This document shows, in pieces, positions 14,645 to 26,386 of a stretch of 64,000 nt of DNA (the first letter of the stretch is position 1; the number at the start of each line of letters is the position of its first letter). Made by a program: the position numbers and the translations under genes. The DNA comes from Eledone cirrhosa (lineage: Eukaryota): the NCBI GenBank assembly GCA_964016885.1, contig OZ024741.1, forward strand, positions 165,540,001-165,604,000, written 5' to 3'. The notes beneath the pieces are model-generated. The model was not told where the DNA came from, did not search any database, and worked only from the letters and a program-made list of their open reading frames with translations.

Positions 14645-14903
14645 TTCATATATATGCATATGCTGATAAACATATACATATTTTCTTATGTTGTATGATT
14701 TAACTAATAGGTAGCGATCCATTCATTCCAATCAGCAGACCGTGGTATAATAAGCAAAAAGCACTCAATGGCATGTGTATCTTCCATCATAGATGTGGTA
14801 CCTCATGGGTGGTACAAGAACAGAGTTAAATTCTTTCATGAATAACATAAGATGGACAGATTCCAATAACTTCTTTTATGCATATATATTTATATATATA
14901 TAA

Positions 14904-15350
14904 TTTTAATATAGATGAGATTCTACAGGACTAGAATTGTTTCATTCTTTAGAAATCATCAGGAATCTGGGTATCCAAAAATAAAAGTGGTATATATAGG
15001 TCTTAGAGAAAGTTAAAAATAAGGAGTGGCACAACTTGTTTATAGAAACCTTTCTGCCTTTGTCACTCTAAATATAAATTATAGCTTTAAAGAATTAGCT
15101 TTTAATGAATTCCCTTTTCTATCAACCAATGACTTCTACCCATCCCACTCCCCACCCTCTCCTACCACCTGAAAAGACCTATATATAACACTTTTATTTT
15201 TGGATACCCAGATTCCTGATGATTTCTAAAGAATGAAACAGTTGTAGTCCTGTAGAATCTCATCTATATTAAAACTGTTATACTCTGCTATGTATTGAGC
15301 ACCTTACTTACTGTGGTTACCTCCGGTTCAACCCGGAATAACGTACCTTT
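14904..15350 (+). mobile_element. Fold-back hammerhead element (arms 14904-15004 / 15174-15274 plus 3' tail)
   Basis: ~100-bp inverted repeat with a hammerhead in each arm; the tail is homologous to 50535-50580 and 10775-10810. Confidence 0.8.
15210..15260 (+). ncRNA. Type I hammerhead ribozyme
   Basis: AGATTC-CTGATGA-tTTCtaaaGAAt-GAA-ACAG ttgtagtc CTGT-A-GAATCT; mirror copy at 14918-14968 (minus). Confidence 0.8.
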
Positions 15351-15353
15351 ATA

Positions 15354-15605
15354 TCATCATCATCATCGTTTAACGTCCATCTTCCACGCTTGCATGGGTC
15401 TGGACGGGAGTTTTCCCACTTGAGGCAAAATTGGTTGTCTGGCGGGTTTTCTACGGCTGGATGCCCTTCCTAACACCAACCACATTTACAGTGTGGACTG
15501 GGAGGTGTTTACTGTGTTACCTCACGGCCACATTACAGCGTGGACTGTGTGTTTTTTTGTCGTGACACCTACACGACCTCATTTGTTTCGGACTGGATGT
15601 TGTGG
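15354..15605 (-). mobile_element. Diverged RTE 3'UTR fragment
   Basis: Homology to 19911-20190. Confidence 0.85.
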
Positions 15606-15640
<35 letters not shown>

Positions 15641-15862
15641 TCATAAGGATATATATGTATATATTTAGACATAGTCACAGATACATATATGAGTGTGGGT
15701 ACCTTCCATGGTGTGGCTCAATGAAAACATTAATTAAGCAAATAATTATTAATCAGAGCTATATAAAATTATACATTTCAAGAACTGTCAGACAAAATAA
15801 ATCCAAAATATATTCTACGGGCTAAGAAGAAAGACTAGGTAAATTTTATCTGGCTGACCCTC

Positions 15863-16650
<788 letters not shown>

Positions 16651-16682
16651 ATGCCGAAATGATATATATGTATTTATGTATG

Positions 16683-16717
<35 letters not shown>

Positions 16718-16784
16718 GGAGTGTAACTTGGAGTTACTGTATGAGTTTATATATATATATATATTATATAATGTATGTATATAT

Positions 16785-16937
16785 CATCATTTCATCATAA
16801 TTTCATTTTACGTCCGCTTGTTCCCTGCTTGCCAGGGTGGGACAGGAACTGATTCTGGTTTGATTTCTACAGCTGGATGCCCTTCCTAACACCAACCTCA
16901 TTTACAGTGAGTGCTGGGTGCTAAGCCATGTGCCTCC
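16785..16937 (-). mobile_element. Internally deleted SINE family A
   Basis: Head GGAGGCACATGGCTTAG joined directly to CACCCAGCACTC and the tail. Confidence 0.8.
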
Positions 16938-16985
<48 letters not shown>

Positions 16986-16998
16986 TATATATATAAAT

Positions 16999-17085
<87 letters not shown>

Positions 17086-17377
17086 AATATATATATATGT
17101 ATGTATATATATATACATATATATGTATGAATATATACATATATGTATGTATGTATGTATGTATGTATTTATATATAGTTCGGAAAACAAAGAACAGACA
17201 AACGCAGGAGTAAATGTACAAATATCATTAGGTTCACGCTTAGTGAGGGGGGGGGGACTCCGAGAAGAAGTGAGGGGGGAGTTAGCAAGAAGAAAAGGGA
17301 TAAAAGTAAAACATGAAGTGGAAAATAAAGGTTAAAAAGGGTTTTATATATATATATAAGTATATACATCGATATAT

Positions 17378-17893
17378 TATCATCATTTTTAGGGCTGCTT
17401 CTCCATGCTTGCATGGGTTGAACGGGTATTTCTCAGCATGGCATCTCTCGATGCATCGTGATCCTTTGTCAACGCCTCTGTGATTTGAGGTCAGTTCTCA
17501 CAAGCCCTGTCCAGGTCTTTCTTGGTCTACCTCTACCGCAACTTCCTTTCACTGGCATTTCCTGGCACTTCTTCACCCAACAATCATTGTCCAAGCACAT
17601 CACATGCTCATACCAATACACCACCTCAAATTCCTCTTAAGCCCAGCCTCTCCTTCAGTTCGTCCAAGCTCTCCCTGTCTCTCACACTTACATTACACAT
17701 CCAATAAAGTATGGTGGCTTCATTTCTCTCCAGTCACAGCCCATGTTTCACTACTACACAGCATCACACTTCGCATACAGTCATCCTTTTGTACATAGGG
17801 AGAAACCTTTTGTGGTCAACAGAGGGAGTAGCTCTCTGAACTTTCCCCTCTTATCTTTATTCTAGCTATTATGCTCTCAGAGAACCCTCCTCC
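17378..17893 (-). mobile_element. Decayed RTE LINE 3' fragment (different family)
   Basis: Encodes remnants of [19 protein letters not shown]; similar to 49800-50045. Confidence 0.75.
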
Positions 17894-17896
17894 ATA

Positions 17897-17944
<48 letters not shown>

Positions 17945-17946
<2 letters not shown>

Positions 17947-18018
17947 GATTGACTTTGTTAGTTTCAGAAGATCCCGTTAAGGGTGACAGCAACGATTCTT
18001 TGCTTAAACTTTAATCTG
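17945..18018 (+). ncRNA. Variant hammerhead motif (degenerate copy)
   Basis: Same module as 51805-51878, but with GAAA changed to GACA. Confidence 0.5.
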
Positions 18019-18030
18019 TTATTTCAATAA

Positions 18031-18066
<36 letters not shown>

Positions 18067-18131
18067 TTGTGTATATATATATAACTTTGTGTATATATAT
18101 ATATATATAACTTTGTGTGCATATATATATA

Positions 18132-18656
18132 TATCGTTTCTGAATTTGTTTACCAAGAATCTTAACCTGAAAACGTGTGTTGAAACCGATATTGTTATAC
18201 TTTGGGAGGGTCATGTTGCCAAGAAACACATGCACCAGTTGCTTTCACTTCAATTTATTATAAATTAAATTTATAAATTTCCGGTTGGTTGGTTGGTTCC
18301 ACAACCAGACGATTGTTCATATATTGTCAAAGTTCTTTCGTCACACATCTGTGACCTCTTCAGTGACTGGGATTCTTTTCTTTGTTTTTGTGCCTCTCCT
18401 TTGTTCTGTCCTACGCCATCTTGTTTTTGGCGTAGGACAGAACAAAGAAGAGGCACAAAAACAAAGAAAAGAATCCCCAGTCACCGAAGAGGTCACAGAT
18501 GTGTGACGAAAGAACTTTGACAATATATGAACAATCGTCTGGTTGTGGAACTAACCAACCAACCGGAAATTTATAAATTCCTAAATTTATAATAAATTGA
18601 AGTGAAAGCAACTGGTGCATGTGTTTCTTATTGGCAACATGACCCTCCCAAAGTAT

Positions 18657-18664
<8 letters not shown>
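18132..18664 (-). mobile_element. Fold-back hammerhead element: ~230-bp arms (18189-18418 / 18428-18664) plus tail 18132-18188
   Basis: Near-perfect inverted repeat with a 9-nt loop; (TA)n on both sides. Confidence 0.85.
18326..18367 (-). ncRNA. Minimal type I hammerhead motif
   Basis: GTCA-CTGAAGA-gGTCACAgatgTGTGAC-GAA-AGAACT-T-TGAC; the mirror copy at 18480-18521 has CCGAAGA. Confidence 0.65.
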
Positions 18665-18701
<37 letters not shown>

Positions 18702-19034
18702 AAGAAAGTTATCTTGAATATCGAGTTTGAAGCATGAGTGTATTAGAATTCGTAGGATAATGAGAAGAACTCAATGCAAGGAAGCTGTAAAAACAGCCAA
18801 AAGCCATCAATGACAGCGCCGGCTAAAATTTACCTCAAAGGATCGTGTGAAACCAGAGGCAGTCTAAATACTGATGAGTGTATATAAATGTTTGCGTGAT
18901 CTCTTCCCATCCATTTTATTCCTTTTCTCCTTTCTTCCATCACTTCAGTAAGCCACACACTTGTAGCCACTGATTTCTATCTTTTGAGGTAAATTTTAGC
19001 TGACACTGCCATTGACAGCATTTTACTGTTTCAG

Positions 19035-19112
19035 TCTACCTCATCAGACCCTGACGCAAAAGAATCAGCAACATCATCAGATGTTCTGAACATAATAGAT
19101 TTAGTTAGATAA
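19035..19112 (+). CDS. Candidate terminal host exon (STSSDPDAKESATSSDVLNIIDLVR*)
   Basis: Acceptor ttttactgtttcag followed by an open, non-repetitive frame to TAA; no homology recognised. Confidence 0.25.
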   Translation, partial: STSSDPDAKESATSSDVLNIIDLVR

Positions 19113-19533
19113 TTATTACTGGGGCACAGCAAAAATAAATAACAAAAGAAAATAAAATCATTATAAGAACACAATAGGAGGAAACATGGAAACATGATAA
19201 TCACTGAAGATGTCACAGATATGTGTGACGAAATAACTTTCAGAAACTATATTAATTTATATTTTTTTAAGTGTTAGTCAATGAATGATAAGCATTGATT
19301 GGTAGCTAAATTATTTATATAGATAATTATTACTGGGGCACAGCAAAAATAAATAACAAAAGCAAATAAAATCATTATAAGAACACAATAGGAGGAAACA
19401 TGGAAACATGATAATCACTGAAGATGTCACAGATATGTGTGACGAAATAACTTTCAGAAACTATATTAATTTATATTTTTTTAAGTGTTAGTCAATGAAT
19501 GATAAGCATTGATTGGTAGCTAAATTATTTATA
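19106..19533 (+). repeat. 2 x 214-bp tandem repeat, each unit with a hammerhead-like core
   Basis: CTGAAGA-tGTCACAgatatgTGTGAC-GAAA at 19204 and 19418. Confidence 0.85.
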
Positions 19534-19624
19534 GAAATATAAAAATATACTGAAGCAAAAACCAAACCAAACAGTGAGTGTGTTTTACTATTTTTTTCTG
19601 GCAATATTGGGACATAACCCCAAA

Positions 19625-19660
<36 letters not shown>

Positions 19661-19910
19661 TGTATGTATGTATGTATGTATGTATGTATGTATGTATTTG
19701 GCTAGAAAGATTCCTAACGTGAAATCATGTGTTGAAACCTATGTTATAACTGGGAATAGTTATTTTGCCTATAAAAACATAACATTGGGTTGTCCAAAGC
19801 TGTGCAAGTGAAATTTAGATTGGGCATGAGTATATATGTATGTGTAAAAATAAGAAGAAAATAAAACATGTTGATATAGGAAAAATAAATTTAGGTAAAA
19901 TGATAAATAA

Positions 19911-22900
19911 TCATCATCATCATCATCATCAACGTTTAACGTCCGTGTTCCACGCTTGCATGGGTTTGGACGGGGGTAGTCCCACTTGAGGCAAGAGTGA
20001 TTGTCTTGCTCGCATAGGACTGTCTGGCAGGTTTTCTACAGTTGGATGCCCTTCCTAACACCAACCACATTTACAGTGTGGGTCTGGGAGGTTTTTACCG
20101 TGTTGCCTACACGGCCACATTACAGCGTGGACTGTGTGTTTTTTTGTCGTGACACCTACACGATCTCATTTGTTTCGGCCCGGATGGCGCGGCACCAACA
20201 TAACTTTACATAGGACGGGGTGGTGTGGATGGGGTGGGGGTGGTGGTGGTGGGACGGGGTGTATTTTGTTAGAGATGCCTACTGGCAAGGCGGGTCTTCT
20301 CTGTTACTGAGTACCGCCAAAGGTCTCGGTCCAGTGACATTGTCTTGGAGAGGTGTAAGTGTGTGAGGTCGGAGTTTATCAGCTCGTCCCAGGTTTTTCT
20401 AGGTCTGCCTATTCCGTGGCTACCGTCTATCTTTATTGCCCTGCACTTTGTTATACAGCTATCGACTTTCATGCGCATCACGTGTCCATACCAACGTAGC
20501 CTTCTCTCGAGTAAACAACATCTGATCCCTCTTATCTCTAATTTTTTCCTTAGTTCGTTTATGCTTTGCCGTTCACGTATATTACTGTTACACATCCAGC
20601 GGAGCATGCAAGCTTCGTTCCTCTCTAGTCTGCGTATATCCTCTGCACACAATGCCCAGGTCTCACTGCCATGCAACATTGCTGTTCGTATGCAGGCATC
20701 GTACAACCTGCCTTTCATTTTTAGGGAGAACCCTTTAGCAGCTAATAGTGGTATAAGCTCTCTGAACTTTTTCCAACCAGTTCTGACTCTAGCTACAGTA
20801 CTTTCAGAGCACCCTCCCCCACTGCTGATTTTATCGCCCAGGTAACGGAAGCTGTCCACTATTTCTATAGAACCCTCTGCGCAATTGAAAGAGCTAGTAT
20901 TGTGTGGGCACTTGCTGCTACTTATTGCACCAGAACACCGGCCACATGTAAAATCTATGTTCTTAGTTAGCTTACCTGTGATCCCACTACATCTTTTATG
21001 CACCCATACTTTGCATTTAGGACACAAAATGGAGTTTCTACCTACGCCTTTCCTACACACCGAGCACGACCATTTCCCAGAAGGGACCGCCGCCTTGTTT
21101 TCTTTCCTACAAACTAGAACTTTGGTCTTAGCCAGGTTAATTTTAAGTCCTTTTGACTCTAGGCCGTGCTTCCATGTTTGGAATTTCTTCTCTAGCTCGG
21201 CCATTGATTCCGCTATGAGTGTCAGGTCGTCTGCGTATAGGAGTTCCCATGGGCAGCCTGTCTTGAACTCCTCTGTTATAGCCTGAAGGGCAATAATAAA
21301 TAGTAGGGGGCTGAGAACAGAGCCCTGATGGACGCCAACTTTTACGCTAAACTCTTCACTATATTCGTTGTTAATTCTAACCTTGCTGACTGTTTCTTTA
21401 TACATGGCTTGTATAGCCCTCACAAGCCATTCGTCAACGCCTAGTTTTCTAAGAGCCCACCAGATAATGGAGCGGGGGACTCTGTCGAAGGCTTTCTCCA
21501 AGTCGACAAAAGCTAAGTAGAGGGGTTTACCTTTAGCTAGGTACTTCTCCTGTAGTTGTCGTACTATGAAAAGAGCGTCTGTGGTACTTTTGCCTGACAC
21601 AAACCCGAACTGCATTTCATCTAGGTCAATTCTCTCTCTGATTAGTTGCGCTATTACTTTTTCTGTGACCTTCATGACCTGGTCGATTAATTTAATGCCT
21701 CTATAGTTACTCCTATCTAGGGCGTCTCCTTTACCCTTATAACAGTTAACGATGATGCTGCTATGCCAGTCCTTCGGAACAACCCCATTCTGTACGACTT
21801 GGTTAACTATGCGGGTGACCATGGTGTGTCCCACCGTGCCAGATGCCTTCAGCATCTCAGCAACTATTTCCGAAGGCCCAGCCGCCTTACCTGTCTTCAT
21901 ATCCTTGATTGCCTTACTTATTATACTCCCCTCGACTAACACTGCTGGTCCCTCTATTGGGTCGACATGGGGGAGACTGTCTTTCTCCCATTTATTCTCC
22001 TCATTTAGTAGCCTTTCATAGTGACACTTCCAAGCTGCCTTCTTATCAGTGTCGGTGATGGCAAGTATGCCATCATCGTTAAGTACACACTTCTCCCCGA
22101 CAATATCACGGTTTTCCTTGACGCATTGCCTAGCAATCCTGAACACCTCACGTTTTTGGTCATCGCGTTGTAGGACATGCTTGAACTTTCTTTCCTCAGC
22201 TTCCCTTCTTGCTAAGTACACTTCTCTCCTAGCTTCCCTCCTGGCCACTTGATAGTCTACTCTACTTCCCCCATCCCGCCATACTTTCCAAGCCTGCTTT
22301 TTGGCCTTAATTGACTCCTCCACCTTACTGTTCCACCACCATGTTACTCTCCTCCTGCCTACAGGCCTGCTCCAGCCACAGACTTCGTCTGTGGCCAACA
22401 GCAGGTTTGCTTTCAGAAATTCCCACTGTCCCTCTATATTGTCCGACTCTAAGTGTTCTTCCTTACTGTCGAAAGCATCAAGTAATATGTTTTGAAATTT
22501 ATTTTTGGCTGTGGGGTCCTTTAGCTTCCATATTTTTCTCCTGAGGATAGTCCTCTTCTGCTGTCGAGTACGTCTCGACCTGACTATGAGGTCGCTAATT
22601 ATCAGTCTATGTTGGGAGGTGCATTCTTCATGGGGGAGGGATTTAGTGTTTACAACAGACACTCTGTCACGTCTTCTGGTAAGGATATAATCTACCTGGC
22701 TTGTGTGTTCCCCGGATCTATAGGTGATCAGGTGATTGTCACGTTTTTTGAAGTTAGTGTTACAGATAGTTAGGTTATTTGCATCACAGAATTCCAGGAT
22801 TCTGGAGCCTTCCTCATTTCTAGTACCAAACCCATAGCCTCCATGGATTTCGTCGTAGCCGTCACAATGTTGCCCAACGTGACCATTTAGGTCGCCTGCA

Positions 22901-23740
22901 ATAATTATATAGTCACTGTCAGATATTTGGGAGGTAGTGAGCATCAGTGTCTCATAGAATCTGTCTTTTATAGTGCCGGGCAGTCCGGATTGGGGTGCAT
23001 ACGCAGATATTACTGTCACCGTAGTTCTATTGAGGACAAGTCGTATTTTAATTATTCTGTCGTTCACTCTATTTACGTCTATTATCTTATCCGCCCACTT
23101 TTCTGCTACCATGATTCCTACTCCACCCAGCCCATCGTCGTTTCCCACCCAGAAAAGCTTATAACATCGTTTTTTACCCTCAATGAATCTAGCAGACCCA
23201 CCCCTCCACCTGGTCTCTTGAATACAACAAACATCGACCTCCTTACGTTCAAGCATTTCTACAACCTCGTTAGCGCGCCCCTTTAGGGTGCCTACATTTA
23301 TGGTACCAACTCTGAAGTTTTGGATCGCGTTTGGAGGGTGGGGGTGGTGTGGGGCGGGGGGAGATGGGGTTATGTTAGCCATCCGCGGGCGAAACAAAGA
23401 AGAGTGCTCGCATTCTCGTCCACGAGGTGAATTTGACTTTAGCATTGGCATTTTCGCTCTGAGCGTCCAGATTTTTCTCTCCCTTCCACTCTCCAGGATT
23501 CCGCAGTCCGTCCATCCATCCATCCATCATATATCGAAGGCAACCGTGCAAGCGATAGTATAGGCCTCTGGCTTATGATTGGTCCGCGAAATAATAATAA
23601 TGGTGATGCGTGTGGGGGGGGGGGGGTCTCTGGCTTATAGTAATAATGGTGATGCGTGTGGGGGGGGTCTCTGGCTTATGATTGGTCCACGTATTAAGAA
23701 TGGTGGTGTGTGGGGGCGGGTGGGAGGGATGTGGGGTAGC
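19911..23740 (-). mobile_element. Full-length or near full-length RTE-clade non-LTR retrotransposon
   Basis: (GAT)n tail at 19911, ~350-bp 3'UTR, single intact ORF and a repeat-containing 5'UTR; the 5' boundary is uncertain. Confidence 0.92.
20269..23523 (-). CDS. RTE LINE ORF: APE endonuclease + reverse transcriptase + PHD-type Zn finger (1084 aa)
   Basis: APE motifs GTINVGTL, IQETRW, SAYAPQ, GDLNGH, QVDYIL, SQHRL; RT motifs FVDLEKAFD, GVHQGSVLSP, YADD, FRYLG; C-terminal RWYGHVMR and GRPRKTW; no stops. Confidence 0.97.
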   Translation of the reverse strand: MDGWTDCGILESGRERKIWTLRAKMPMLKSNSPRGRECEHSSLFRPRMANITPSPPAPHHPHPPNAIQNFRVGTINVGTLKGRANEVVEMLERKEVDVCCIQETRWRGGSARFIEGKKRCYKLFWVGNDDGLGGVGIMVAEKWADKIIDVNRVNDRIIKIRLVLNRTTVTVISAYAPQSGLPGTIKDRFYETLMLTTSQISDSDYIIIAGDLNGHVGQHCDGYDEIHGGYGFGTRNEEGSRILEFCDANNLTICNTNFKKRDNHLITYRSGEHTSQVDYILTRRRDRVSVVNTKSLPHEECTSQHRLIISDLIVRSRRTRQQKRTILRRKIWKLKDPTAKNKFQNILLDAFDSKEEHLESDNIEGQWEFLKANLLLATDEVCGWSRPVGRRRVTWWWNSKVEESIKAKKQAWKVWRDGGSRVDYQVARREARREVYLARREAEERKFKHVLQRDDQKREVFRIARQCVKENRDIVGEKCVLNDDGILAITDTDKKAAWKCHYERLLNEENKWEKDSLPHVDPIEGPAVLVEGSIISKAIKDMKTGKAAGPSEIVAEMLKASGTVGHTMVTRIVNQVVQNGVVPKDWHSSIIVNCYKGKGDALDRSNYRGIKLIDQVMKVTEKVIAQLIRERIDLDEMQFGFVSGKSTTDALFIVRQLQEKYLAKGKPLYLAFVDLEKAFDRVPRSIIWWALRKLGVDEWLVRAIQAMYKETVSKVRINNEYSEEFSVKVGVHQGSVLSPLLFIIALQAITEEFKTGCPWELLYADDLTLIAESMAELEKKFQTWKHGLESKGLKINLAKTKVLVCRKENKAAVPSGKWSCSVCRKGVGRNSILCPKCKVWVHKRCSGITGKLTKNIDFTCGRCSGAISSSKCPHNTSSFNCAEGSIEIVDSFRYLGDKISSGGGCSESTVARVRTGWKKFRELIPLLAAKGFSLKMKGRLYDACIRTAMLHGSETWALCAEDIRRLERNEACMLRWMCNSNIRERQSINELRKKLEIRGIRCCLLERRLRWYGHVMRMKVDSCITKCRAIKIDGSHGIGRPRKTWDELINSDLTHLHLSKTMSLDRDLWRYSVTEKTRLASRHL

Positions 23741-24017
23741 TAGCTGGAAGGTTATGAATGTTTACCAGCGAGTAACAAAAAGCAAAACTGCAAGATTTGT
23801 TCTGTTCAATACGACAAAAACACCGTATTTAAACCTTAATAAATAACAAAAAATACAGATTTCGGATTTTGCGGGATTGGATGTTTGTACGAAATTGTGG
23901 TGTGTGGAGGAGATAGGAAAAACGTGAACGTTACGATTACATGGTTACACCGTAGTAGGGGTAGTTGAAGCAGCAATTGTTTGGCGAAAGTGAATAAACA
24001 TGAACGGGAATTTATCT

Positions 24018-24050
<33 letters not shown>

Positions 24051-24590
24051 AGCTAAGAGAGAGAGAGAGAGAGTGGGAAGGGGGAGAGAGAGAGAGAGAG
24101 AGTGGCTGACCGCAACCCCTCGTGAAGAAAATGGTGGGTGAAGGGTGTATGAGCGGGATTTTTGACTTTCGAGGTAGCATGATATATATATTTAAAGTAA
24201 ATTATAAGAAGTAGAATGGAAAGGATTTTGTTGTTTTTTGTTTTTTTTGTTTGAGAATACGATAGAATTAGGGAATTGGAGGATACGATAGAATTAAGAA
24301 TGGGAAGGATTTTGTTTTTTTGTTTGGGATATACTTTTTAATCTGAATTAAATCCTATAATCTTTTTTATATCATTCTTAAATCTTAAATAATCCTTCTA
24401 TGGTGAAACTCTATTTTTTATGTAAAGGTAATCAGGTAATCAAAATCAACGTTGTATCATCATACAGCAACAGATAACCTGCTAACATCAGTATATGCTC
24501 CAATTATTAGGTAGATAACTTCCAAACATACATTCCTAGATAACTTCCAAACTACTATTTTTTTTATTTATAAGACAGATTTTATTTCTA

Positions 24591-24781
24591 GGGCAGTGGA
24601 TTGGCAGTATTGGTAGAGGGTCGAACGCTATGCTTTGCAGCATAGAGTTACGGCCCTTTACGTTCTGAGTTCAAATCCCGCTGAAGTTGACTTTGCTTTT
24701 CATCCTTAGAGGGTCGATAAAATAAAGTACCAGTAATGCACTGGAATAATTGTTGGCCTTGTGCCAAAATTAGAAACAATT
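24591..24781 (+). mobile_element. tRNA-derived SINE family B (Meta-domain-like)
   Basis: A box TGGCAGTATTGG, B box GAGTTCAAATCC, central TTCATCCTT...GGGTCGATAAAATAAAGTACC. Many other copies, e.g. 962-1051, 6237-6490, 25897-26100, 27103-27300, 27415-27594, 27889-28040, 30309-30490, 32030-32243. Confidence 0.85.
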
Positions 24782-25254
24782 AGTTTTTATTTATAAGACA
24801 CACCTCTATTTGGAAGAAAAATAGCTTCGAAGAAAAGTTATATTAGGATTCAAAACTGCCCCTGGTTCTATAATACAAAGTTGTTTGTTTTGAAGTGTTT
24901 TATTTATCTAATAATCTTTCATCATGATTTTATGTAAGAACATTTAAGTTATGTTCCAAACATCATAAATGAGAAAGTTATTTTACTAAATCCTTTCAAA
25001 TTCTTGATTATTTTCAAAAGAAGTATGATACCAAATGTTTTCACCCACAACTATTACCTGTTATTACAATATAATTACAAATGTTTTCACCTGTGTCTAT
25101 TATCAATAATTCAATCATTTTTCTTTTCTTTTATGAATTTGGGAGAAACATAACAATGTTATACCTTTTAGATGAAATATAAAAATATAAAAATAGAACA
25201 AACTATGTATGCTTATTTAATTATACAGCTACACTTATACATAGTTTGTTCATA

Positions 25255-25310
<56 letters not shown>

Positions 25311-25318
<8 letters not shown>

Positions 25319-25630
25319 ATACTTTGGGAGGGTCATGTTGCCAATAAGAAACACACGCACCAGTTGCTTTCACTTCAATTTATTATATATTTATAAATTT
25401 ATAAATTTACAAACCTATAAATTTCTGGTTGGTTGGCTGGTCCCACAACCAGATAGTTGTTTATATATAGTCATAGTCCTTTCGTCACACACTCTGTGAC
25501 CCCCCCAGCGACTGGGGACTCCCCTCTCCGTTTCCGCCGCCTCCCCCCCCTCCTTCTGTCCCACGCCAATATCGGTTTCAACACACGATTTCAGATAAAG
25601 AATCTTGCTAAACAAATTCAGAAACGATAT
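25311..25630. mobile_element. Copy of the 18132-18664 element lacking one arm
   Basis: The antisense arm is joined directly to the sense-orientation tail at CAATAT; degenerate hammerhead core; (TA)n flanks. Confidence 0.8.
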
Positions 25631-26386
25631 ATATATATATATATATAAAAGGTAAGGGGTAAAGACCCTCCCCCTCCCTTTCAGTTGCAAATGGCCATGG
25701 GATTTGCACCTAGAAAGTTCCCCTCTGAGTCACATGTCTGGGCAAGGTTGTTTGAGGAAGATCAGCAGTCAGCCATACATACCAGACTCCCCTCTCTGTT
25801 GGATTATTGCTAATGTAGCCTCTGATTTCTAAATATGTGTGTGTGCGTATGTGTACATATATACACACGCACACACACACATATATATATATTATTAGTG
25901 TGGTGGCTTGGCTGTATCAGTAGAACATCGGACAATGTGCTTTGTTACATCCCTTTGTCTTCTGACTTCAAATACTGCCAAGATTAACTTTGTCTTTCAT
26001 CATTACAAGGTCGATAACATAAACTACCAGTAATGCACTGAAGTCGACTTTCCTCTCTCCCAAAATGACTGGCCTTGTACCTAAATAAGAAACCATTATT
26101 CTTACAATTATTATATTCATACCTTCAATGTAGAACATGGGCAGATTTCGACTAAAAGTTGGTGGCGAAAAAGTGTCAAATACATCAGAAGACCTTAAAT
26201 GGGTGTTTCGAGTAAACAATGTTAATCTTTTTGTTACTATATTTCTAACAAAATGCAATGCATTGTTGATTAATTAGTGGAGCATTTGGAGACTTCCTTG
26301 TCAAGATGGTATTTCTAATATAACTTTAAAAAGGGCCCTATATCAAACTATGTTGGAAGATTTTAATGTAAATAAGAGCCCTTTAA

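Noticed and set aside
20345-23563. Plus-strand ORFs overlapping the LINE
   Set aside because: Antisense shadows of the RTE ORF.
19903-23846. ATAAATAA as the LINE target-site duplication
   Set aside because: An 8-bp low-complexity match is too weak to fix the 5' boundary.
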